Source: a virus. Taken from it: a stretch of DNA of 42,188 nt. Below are positions 34,080 to 40,840 of the stretch, piece after piece. Numbering within the stretch: position 1 is the first letter of the stretch; each line of letters starts with the position of its first letter. The position numbers were made by a program, and so were the translations under genes. The stretch covers positions 1-42,188 of the IMG/VR virus record IMGVR_UViG_3300033489_000136. The stretch is one strand, 5' to 3'. The notes beneath the pieces are model-generated. The model saw only the letters and a program-made list of their open reading frames with translations. It did not search any database and was not told the DNA's origin.

Positions 34080-34225
34080 GGTACAATGGTACTAGTACCA
34101 AGGTCCTAGAACAAACGTTCTAATTATGCTAATGGGAGAGCATTAGCACATATGTTCATATTGTTCTGGCATTGCATAAATGCGTACATGCGGAGTTGCG
34201 CAATTGCGGACTAGCACATCTGTTC
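34080..34225. promoter_or_regulatory. Cluster of palindromes and repeated half-sites (operators, LexA-box-like sites or origin iterons)
   Basis: The cluster contains GGTAC (34080-34084) and GGTACTAGTACC (34088-34099). It also has TAGAAC-N4-GTTCTA (34107-34122) and the GCTAATG-N6-CATTAGC hairpin (34128-34147). TAGCACAT[A/C]TGTTC occurs twice (34144-34157 and 34212-34225), and CGCAATTGCG lies at 34199-34208. Confidence 0.5.
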
Positions 34226-34371
34226 TACATCGGGAGGTTTACATAATCCAGAACACCCCCGCTGGAGTAGCTTGACATAAAAAGAATGGGGGTACGGTCA
34301 TGGGAGTTTTATACGCTATTTTACTCTCTATGACTGTGCGGAGAATTTCAATTTTATAAATCTGAAACTGG

Positions 34372-34509
34372 CTACTTGGAGATGAATAGGAATAATACCC
34401 CTATGCTAATGAGTCCTAGCGTTACTACCAGGGGAGGTCCTACAATAAGAAGGAATAACGCCCAGTCAAATGGTTCTTCTTTAGATATGATGCCTCCATT
34501 AGGAGAATT
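34372..34509 (-). other. 45-codon transmembrane segment in frame behind the TAG stop of gene 34510..34755 (possible readthrough extension or non-canonical-start peptide)
   Basis: ..ESDFQK-TAG-NSPNGGIISKEEPFDWALFLLIVGPPLVVTLGLISIGVLFLFISK-TAG. No ATG/GTG/TTG lies in this frame before the hydrophobic stretch. Confidence 0.3.
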
Positions 34510-34755
34510 CTATTTTTGAAAATCTGATTCTGGAAAAGTCCTTACTTTGGGTAGAGGACCTGTAGGATAACCCGCAAACTCATCAAGGATTATTGTATCA
34601 ATCGAGTTACCAGCTTTACTTGGAGTATACGAGGGACATTGAGGTCTGGAAGAGAGGCATCGAACTCCAGGTTGAAGATGATACTGCTCTGATTTGCAGG
34701 CAGGACGGAAGTTCGGGTGCTCGGTAGTTGCGTAGAATAAGCAGAACTCAATCAT
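34510..34755 (-). CDS. Small hypothetical protein
   Basis: 81 aa, ATG after GGAGGTATTGAT. Confidence 0.5.
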   Translation of the reverse strand: MIEFCLFYATTEHPNFRPACKSEQYHLQPGVRCLSSRPQCPSYTPSKAGNSIDTIILDEFAGYPTGPLPKVRTFPESDFQK

Positions 34756-34756
34756 A

Positions 34757-34822
34757 TCAATACCTCCAGAAATGGTCTAACAGCCAGTTCCAAGCCTTAA
34801 TAATCCAGTTGATGAGTTTCAT
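34757..34822 (-). CDS. 21-aa Trp-rich peptide (candidate)
   Basis: MKLINWIIKAWNWLLDHFWRY. It fills the gap between two genes, and its stop overlaps the next start (TGATATG). The RBS is weak. Confidence 0.25.
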   Translation of the reverse strand: MKLINWIIKAWNWLLDHFWRY

Positions 34823-34830
34823 ATTATCTT

Positions 34831-35073
34831 TTACTCCTCCGTCTCATAATATGTAATAGCATTACCACAGTTGCTGCATACGATAGCTCTGTTCCAGTGG
34901 TCTAATTGATATACTCTCATCTTCACCTGAAAAGCTGCCTTTACCCAATAGCTGCCTGGAGTAAATTGCGGTAGTGTAGGCATTTCTAATGGTTCGTCTT
35001 TCCTATACTCCACTGACGATGCTCCTATACAGTGGCATAATGGGCAGTTAAACTCCACAATTTTTTCATTCAT
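34831..35073 (-). CDS. Zinc-ribbon protein
   Basis: 80 aa with CPLC ... CSNC. ATGA overlap with the upstream stop. Confidence 0.5.
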   Translation of the reverse strand: MNEKIVEFNCPLCHCIGASSVEYRKDEPLEMPTLPQFTPGSYWVKAAFQVKMRVYQLDHWNRAIVCSNCGNAITYYETEE

Positions 35074-35753
35074 AGCATTTCCTCCTCTATAACTTCTACA
35101 TCGTACGGGTACTCCCTATCCATAATGATAGATGCGAGTGCCAGATGAAATATATCATTGTCCTGCACAGCCTTGCGCAAGTAGTAAATATCCTGTATCT
35201 TAGCCATGATTCTCTTTGCAGCAGGACGTAAGTCTAGCGTCTTCTGATAACCTAAGTCGTGTCCGTAGATTGCTATGTTTCTGCTTAGGTCTGCACAACC
35301 ACCAAAGTCACTAGGCAGCCAAATTACTCTATGACAGAACTTGCACTCGAACAATGAGCCTTCATTAACTTTAACTTCACCGACCCAGTGGTGTGCTTTA
35401 CTGACTGAGGAGTCCTCACACCTTGCATCAATCCATTTTATTCCCAACTCGGTGGCACTCCTCCTAGAGGTTCTATCTCCTGCTTTAGCTTTTCTATTTG
35501 CTCTCCTAAATGAATTATTCTGCTCAAGTCTATTGGCTCTATGTTCATCTCTGCTCTTAGCCTTTGCGCTACTCTTCCTCTCCTTAACATAACCAGACGT
35601 CTCTGCTCTCGAACATCCTTTGGGAGGACTAGCCTCCTCCTCCCCCGATGCTCTACATAAGGAGTCTTTTCCAAACGTTCCAATCCCTGAATTATGTAAC
35701 AACTCTGACTGTCTGAGTCTCTCTTTGCGTGCCAATGCAGAGTCTTTGTCCAT
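35070..35753 (-). CDS. Hypothetical protein; the C-terminal ~122 aa look globular (Cys/His-containing) and the N-terminal ~105 codons overlap gene 35438..35896
   Basis: ATG 35753 has a good RBS (GGAGGAAGACA). An alternative TTG at 35447 lies 12 nt after AGGAGG. The true start or frame-entry point is unresolved. Confidence 0.45.
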   Translation of the reverse strand: MDKDSALARKERLRQSELLHNSGIGTFGKDSLCRASGEEEASPPKGCSRAETSGYVKERKSSAKAKSRDEHRANRLEQNNSFRRANRKAKAGDRTSRRSATELGIKWIDARCEDSSVSKAHHWVGEVKVNEGSLFECKFCHRVIWLPSDFGGCADLSRNIAIYGHDLGYQKTLDLRPAAKRIMAKIQDIYYLRKAVQDNDIFHLALASIIMDREYPYDVEVIEEEML

Positions 35754-35896
35754 TGTCTTCCTCCAATATTACCAGCTACTATACTTTTCCAAATTTTACC
35801 AAATACGCAAGGTGAGCCGACTGTTATCATTTCTCCACAGTAGCAACACTTGCTAGTCTTATTTGCCCGACTTATCCAGATTTCTATTTCAGCCAC
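35438..35896 (-). CDS. Cys-rich / Arg-rich hypothetical protein
   Basis: 152 aa with a GTG start. It begins with KCCYCGEMITVGSPC, followed by RGRRRLVLPKDVREQRRLVMLRRGRVAQRL. The sequence looks like real protein throughout. Confidence 0.55.
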   Translation of the reverse strand: MAEIEIWISRANKTSKCCYCGEMITVGSPCVFGKIWKSIVAGNIGGRQWTKTLHWHAKRDSDSQSCYIIQGLERLEKTPYVEHRGRRRLVLPKDVREQRRLVMLRRGRVAQRLRAEMNIEPIDLSRIIHLGEQIEKLKQEIEPLGGVPPSWE

Positions 35897-36204
35897 CTAT
35901 GAACAGTCCTAATGCTTACATTTTTTGCTTCTGCAATTTTCTGAATACTATATCCTATTTTCCGTAAATCTGTGGCTTTCTTAACTTTAGCACTACGCTT
36001 AGCAGTAGTTTTTCCTCTCTGAGTTTCCAGCTCACACCAAGGATAAGGACAACTCTCTAGGCAGAAGTTAATACCATCCTGAGAGTCAGGCAATTTAATG
36101 CGTGCTGCCTTCATAGCAGAGCAAGGCTTTGTGCCAGTACTATGAACTATTTTTCCGTGTGAGGAAGATTTAGCACCAACAAAATGTCCTGGCAGATTGA
36201 CCAT
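35884..36204 (-). CDS. HTH DNA-binding protein, first gene of the early operon
   Basis: C-terminal LRKIGYSIQKIAEAKNVSIRTVHRWLK is a helix-turn-helix of the resolvase/HTH_7 kind. ATG 36204 follows GAGGGAG. The track ATG at 36225 lies only 5 nt after the -10 hexamer. Confidence 0.55.
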   Translation of the reverse strand: MVNLPGHFVGAKSSSHGKIVHSTGTKPCSAMKAARIKLPDSQDGINFCLESCPYPWCELETQRGKTTAKRSAKVKKATDLRKIGYSIQKIAEAKNVSIRTVHRWLK

Positions 36205-36230
36205 TAGCTCCCTCTTTTTCACCATAACCT

Positions 36231-36260
36231 ATTATACCATGAAGTAATGGCAGATGTCAA
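36231..36260 (-). promoter_or_regulatory. sigma70-type promoter (minus strand) for the early operon
   Basis: TTGACA (36260-36255), 18 nt, TGgTATAAT (hexamer 36236-36231). Confidence 0.7.
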
Positions 36261-36312
36261 TAGCCTGGATGTACTTTGTATAAAAAATAACAATGAGATA
36301 ATAAAATATACC

Positions 36313-36341
36313 TTGACACGGCGGGTCGGATGTGCTATACT
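36313..36341 (+). promoter_or_regulatory. sigma70-type promoter (plus strand) for the packaging operon, divergent from 36231-36260
   Basis: TTGACA (36313-36318), 17 nt, TGcTATACT (hexamer 36336-36341). Confidence 0.65.
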
Positions 36342-36393
36342 GAAAGTGTAGGGTATTGAATAAGTCTGAAACGATTGAGTGCAGGAGGACAGG

Positions 36394-36954
36394 ATGGCAG
36401 AAACAGATATAACTAACATAGATATAGTTGATAATCATCCAGATGGAACTCCTGAACTCTCAATAGCAAGTGCTCTGATACCTTGGGGGAGAGATGACGA
36501 GAGGGCACTGTACCTTGGTTGCAGAGCATCAGGAATGTCAGTAAGAGAATCTCTCAATTGGATTAAGCGCTCTAAGCCTTGGCTATCACTCCAACGCCAC
36601 GACCCGAAGTTTGTTGACCTGGAAACCAGAATCCCTGAGTTCCGCCGAGACCTGGCGAAAGAGTATGTTGAGCTAGAGACATATAGGAATTATAGGTTTG
36701 TTCTGGAGAGAGATAGACAGGTACTGGAAAAAGCTGTTAAGGGAGCAGAACCTCTGACAAGAAATGAGCAGGAATATCTTATTAAGCTTAGAACTATGTA
36801 TACTCCTGCCCAACTGCAAATCCTTGAGTCTATGGTCAAGGGTGGACAGAATGGATTCAACTTCACTGACTTTGTTATGAGTCACCCTGATATTCTCCAG
36901 CTTGAGAGGAAAGAGACAATTACAATGGCTAGGAGAATAGATGGGGAGCTATAG
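36394..36954 (+). CDS. Putative small terminase subunit (by position)
   Basis: ATG 36394 after AGGAGG. 186 aa. It is the first gene of the packaging operon, upstream of the large terminase. Confidence 0.4.
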   Translation: MAETDITNIDIVDNHPDGTPELSIASALIPWGRDDERALYLGCRASGMSVRESLNWIKRSKPWLSLQRHDPKFVDLETRIPEFRRDLAKEYVELETYRNYRFVLERDRQVLEKAVKGAEPLTRNEQEYLIKLRTMYTPAQLQILESMVKGGQNGFNFTDFVMSHPDILQLERKETITMARRIDGEL

Positions 36955-37138
36955 GCTAAGGACAGCGGTTAGGGCAAAGAAAGCTACTCCCCTACGCTAT
37001 CCTTCAGGACAGAGGGGCAGAGTATCCACCGCTAAACATAACGCATCAGTAAGAAATATTAGTAAGGCTCATATAACTAGATTCAGAAGCCACGAACCGA
37101 GAAGTCCAGGGAGAGTTAGACCAGCTAGAAGGAGATAA
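36941..37138 (+). CDS. Arg-rich, protamine-like 65-aa protein
   Basis: ATG after AGGAGAATAG. By hand count there are 15 Arg + 4 Lys and a single acidic residue. It fills an otherwise non-coding 186-nt gap. Confidence 0.4.
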   Translation: MGSYRLRTAVRAKKATPLRYPSGQRGRVSTAKHNASVRNISKAHITRFRSHEPRSPGRVRPARRR

Positions 37139-37140
37139 CT

Positions 37141-37389
37141 ATGGAGTCAGCAGTACTTGAGGCTTTGGTAACTGGTGGACCTGTGGCGGTTCTTGCAGGA
37201 ATTATCTTCATCATGTATGTTAGGCATAGGAATAACTCAGAGAAGTGCCAGCGTGATGACAGAGTATTCATGGAGGATAGGCTAACAAAGATAATTGAGA
37301 GCGAACAGAGAACAAGAGAAGATAATACAAAGGCTATAACGGAACTGAATGTTCTTCTCAAAACTTTGAATGGCAGAAGTAAAGGGTAA
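37141..37389 (+). CDS. Small membrane protein (N-terminal TM helix plus charged helix)
   Basis: 82 aa, RBS AAGGAG. The TM segment is VTGGPVAVLAGIIFIMYV. Confidence 0.5.
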   Translation: MESAVLEALVTGGPVAVLAGIIFIMYVRHRNNSEKCQRDDRVFMEDRLTKIIESEQRTREDNTKAITELNVLLKTLNGRSKG

Positions 37390-37390
37390 T

Positions 37391-39091
37391 ATGGCAGTAG
37401 TGCAGATTTCGCAAGAAGAAGCCATGAGGCGGTTGTTCTCAAACCGCAAACTTACTCTTGAGACACTGCTAGAGATTGAGGATAAGAGCAGGCAACTTGT
37501 GCCTATGAAGCTCAATCCTATCCAGGCGGATGTGATTGACACCTCCACATGGAGAGACATCTATGTTAAGCCTGGGCAGATAGGATTTACTTCAGTTGTC
37601 GGCGGAGACTTCCTCATCGACAATGTTACTATAAATGGCACTGTGTCAGTCATTATCAGCTATGATGAGTTCTCGGCGCAGAGGCTTCTGCTCAAAGCTA
37701 AGAAGTATCATCAATCCTTGCAGAGGAAGATTCCTTCCATTCCTGACCTAGACCACAAGTCAAGCACTGAACTTAGCTTTGTTAATAAGGAGAGAGGATT
37801 CTACTCTACATTCTACATCTTCTCCGCCCGAGGTTATGTACTCGGCAGAGGTGAGACAATTCACAATCTGCTATGTGATGAGTATGCGTTCTGGCCTCCT
37901 GGCACTCATGAGCAAGTATTTGCCTCGGCGGTGCAGAGAGTACCCCTGAAGGCAGGAACAAAAATCCGTATTGGGTCTACGGCTAATGGAGAAGAGAATC
38001 CCTTTTGCGAGATGTATAAGGCAGCGAGAGAAGGCTATGCCATAGGTTCTGGACTTAGCCGTTCAGTCTACAAGCCTCACTTCTATCCTTGGTTCATTCA
38101 TCCAGAATATGTAATGTACCCTGATGATACTTTTGTGCTAGATGGAGATGAGGCAGAACCGCTGAAGAATATGTCTGATGTAGAAGTCCAACTAATGAAA
38201 AAACTTACCGAAGTATTTGACTTTGAGCCTCAGTTGGCTATGGCTAAACTCCGCTGGAGAAGATACAAGCAAGCCGAGATGAGGTCACTACATAGGTCTG
38301 GGCAGACGGTATTTATCTTCAATCAGGAGTATCCTGAGGATGATGAGAGTTGTTTTCTTACCGCAGGTAACCAAGCCTACTCAACTGATATAATAGAGCA
38401 GAAGGTGAGGACTTGCTACCCTGCACCGATTGTCCATGCCTTCACGAATAAGAAAACTGGAGCGTCTGCGGAGGCACAGATTTGGGAAGATGCGCAAGTT
38501 GGGCTGCCTTATCTGATAGGTATTGACCCAGGCAAGGGCAAGCAGTCCGAATCAGTTGCTCATGTGTGGCACTTTGAGGAGGGTTATCAGGATAAGGAAG
38601 GCAAGGACATTCCTCCAGTACTTAAGCATGTAGCAACACTGTCAGGCTGGTATGACGAGTGGGAGATGGCAGAGTATGTTAAATCACTTGGCTACCACTT
38701 TAATACGGCGGTACTCTGTCCTGAAGACAATCTTGATATTGTGTCTCACCTGCGTGATTATCCTGCGCTTTATTATCGGGAGGATATGCGCACAGGCAAG
38801 GGCATCAGGGCAATCGGTTGGCAGACTAATACTTCCACCAAGCCTTACATGCTGACTGAACTTAACCGCCACATGGAGGACGTTGAGTGCCATGACCAGA
38901 GATTCTGGTCTCAGTGCAAGAACATCCGCAGGGATGCTTCTATGAAATACGGAATCTCTGTAGTTGGAGCTGACGACCACCATGACGCAGGCGCAATAGC
39001 AGTGTGTTGCCGAGGAGTGCAAGCAGTACAGGTTGGTTATGCAGGGAATACAGGAGACTCAGGTGGCTGGAATGATACTTGGGGCAAGTAG
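37391..39091 (+). CDS. terL: Terminase large subunit
   Basis: Lies immediately upstream of the portal. P-loop-like VKPGQIGFTS. Nuclease-domain-like YLIGIDPGKGK and VVGADDHHDAGAIA. ATG 37391 follows the upstream stop, and ATG 37370 is an in-frame alternative. Confidence 0.8.
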   Translation: MAVVQISQEEAMRRLFSNRKLTLETLLEIEDKSRQLVPMKLNPIQADVIDTSTWRDIYVKPGQIGFTSVVGGDFLIDNVTINGTVSVIISYDEFSAQRLLLKAKKYHQSLQRKIPSIPDLDHKSSTELSFVNKERGFYSTFYIFSARGYVLGRGETIHNLLCDEYAFWPPGTHEQVFASAVQRVPLKAGTKIRIGSTANGEENPFCEMYKAAREGYAIGSGLSRSVYKPHFYPWFIHPEYVMYPDDTFVLDGDEAEPLKNMSDVEVQLMKKLTEVFDFEPQLAMAKLRWRRYKQAEMRSLHRSGQTVFIFNQEYPEDDESCFLTAGNQAYSTDIIEQKVRTCYPAPIVHAFTNKKTGASAEAQIWEDAQVGLPYLIGIDPGKGKQSESVAHVWHFEEGYQDKEGKDIPPVLKHVATLSGWYDEWEMAEYVKSLGYHFNTAVLCPEDNLDIVSHLRDYPALYYREDMRTGKGIRAIGWQTNTSTKPYMLTELNRHMEDVECHDQRFWSQCKNIRRDASMKYGISVVGADDHHDAGAIAVCCRGVQAVQVGYAGNTGDSGGWNDTWGK

Positions 39092-39100
39092 GAGGTTATA

Positions 39101-40831
39101 ATGCTAGTTAAGAATAGCGCAAAAGAAGTAATCGCCAAGTGTAATGAGTTGCAGCAGTTCTGGGCGCCTCGTAATGCCAAGATGCAGCAGTGGTACAGGC
39201 TTATCCAGATGGTAGATGACCTGAAAACCGAGAAAATGGAGTCATTCGTTGGCAATGACCCGAGGAGTATATTTAACTTAGTTCTCCATATGCTTGACTG
39301 TACTGTACCGCATAGACTGGCAAATCCTGACCTGCTAGGCATGGAGGCTGCAACGGCTTCTGCTGAGATAACCAGATTCTACGACACTGCCTGGCTAGAT
39401 GTTGAGACTGAGTTTAGACGTACAGGTCCGAGACAGAGCTTTAAGCGGAGTCTGATAGGTCTGCTCCTTGCTACAGGCTGGTATAGCCTATTTACTATTG
39501 TAGCAGATGATGGAAGCAAGGTCTTTGCTGACCTCTGGAATCCTGCACAAGTCTTTCCTATGTGGGATATGGAGATGGGACTGTCCGAGTGTGCACATGT
39601 TTACCCTTGTTCTGACCGTAGGGCAAAGAGTATGCAGCAAAGAAATGGCTGGCAAGACTTAGGCGCACTGCATGGAGACCAGACTGTGCATGATTACTGG
39701 TGGGTAGAGATTGATATGGCATTTCCTTTCTCCACTAGAGTATGGAACGCTGTAGTTGTAGCAGGCAAGCTTGTAAAGTATGAGCCTACACGATTCAAGA
39801 GGATTCCGATTTATGTTGCACCTATAGGTGGACTGCCTGATACTGGAGCTTTGTCTGAAGGAGTATCCCTGTCTACATCCTCTTACAATGCAGGTAGCAT
39901 GACTAAAGGGGACAGGTGGAAGGAAGAAATAGGACAGAGCCTTATAGCTACTAACGAGAATATCTACAAGGCTTGGAATAAGTGGTGGACATTCAGTCTG
40001 CAACTACTGCGGGATACTGCTCAACCGAGAATATTTGAGAGGAGTAGAAGTGGCAAGGCAATAGTCAAGCCTGAAGATGTATTCAGAAGAGGCGCTATCT
40101 TCCGAGGCGGAGCAGATGATGCAGTTGAGTTCATCGGTGCGCCTCCAATGCCTCTGGAACTTCGCTCGACTCAACTTGACCTTGAAGCTATGATGCAAAG
40201 AGGAGGAGTCAGTTGGGCTATGTATGGTAATGTAACTGGAGAGCTAACCAGTTATGTTATGAGCCAGATATCTGCCTCTGCCAATCAGGTAATGAAACCT
40301 TACCAGCAGGCATTGCAGAACCTCTTTGCTGATGTTGATAATGACTGGCTGGAGGACATCCGAACTCGAGGTGTCAGACCGTACAACTGGGAGATTCCTA
40401 AGGCAGTACCTGATGATGCCAAGATTACCGCTAAGTTTGAAGTTGAAATACCTGGAGATTTAATTCAGCGGGCAACTGCTGCTAGAATGATTGACCCGAA
40501 CTTTGCTCTCAGCTATACCTACGTGGTGAGCAAGCTATTTCCAGAGATTAAGAATCCATTACAGGAGAGAGCACTGAGACTGGCTGATATGGCTGAGTTG
40601 TCGCTTGAGAACGCTACAATAGCTAAGATAAGATATTATCGCAAGCAGGCTGCATTTATGGCTAAGACTGATGCAGATGCAGCAAGACTGTATGACTTAG
40701 CAGCAGAAGCAGCAGAAGCTATGCTTAATCCTATTGCTGCAAAGAAGACAACAGAAGAACGTCAACCGCCTGGTACTGGTAATAGGGCTGAGAATACTCC
40801 ACAACAGCCAGCAGACCAGATGCCGATGTAG
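39101..40831 (+). CDS. Portal protein
   Basis: 576 aa, RBS TAGGAGG. Directly downstream of terL with a typical size and an acidic/Ala-rich C-terminal tail. Confidence 0.7.
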   Translation: MLVKNSAKEVIAKCNELQQFWAPRNAKMQQWYRLIQMVDDLKTEKMESFVGNDPRSIFNLVLHMLDCTVPHRLANPDLLGMEAATASAEITRFYDTAWLDVETEFRRTGPRQSFKRSLIGLLLATGWYSLFTIVADDGSKVFADLWNPAQVFPMWDMEMGLSECAHVYPCSDRRAKSMQQRNGWQDLGALHGDQTVHDYWWVEIDMAFPFSTRVWNAVVVAGKLVKYEPTRFKRIPIYVAPIGGLPDTGALSEGVSLSTSSYNAGSMTKGDRWKEEIGQSLIATNENIYKAWNKWWTFSLQLLRDTAQPRIFERSRSGKAIVKPEDVFRRGAIFRGGADDAVEFIGAPPMPLELRSTQLDLEAMMQRGGVSWAMYGNVTGELTSYVMSQISASANQVMKPYQQALQNLFADVDNDWLEDIRTRGVRPYNWEIPKAVPDDAKITAKFEVEIPGDLIQRATAARMIDPNFALSYTYVVSKLFPEIKNPLQERALRLADMAELSLENATIAKIRYYRKQAAFMAKTDADAARLYDLAAEAAEAMLNPIAAKKTTEERQPPGTGNRAENTPQQPADQMPM

Positions 40832-40840
40832 GAGGACATT

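Noticed and set aside
34271-34276. Plus-strand TTGACA followed by a 19-codon ORF (ATG 34300).
   Set aside because: No -10-like hexamer lies at the right spacing (TACGGT at 15 nt, CGGTCA at 17 nt). The micro-ORF has no clear RBS.
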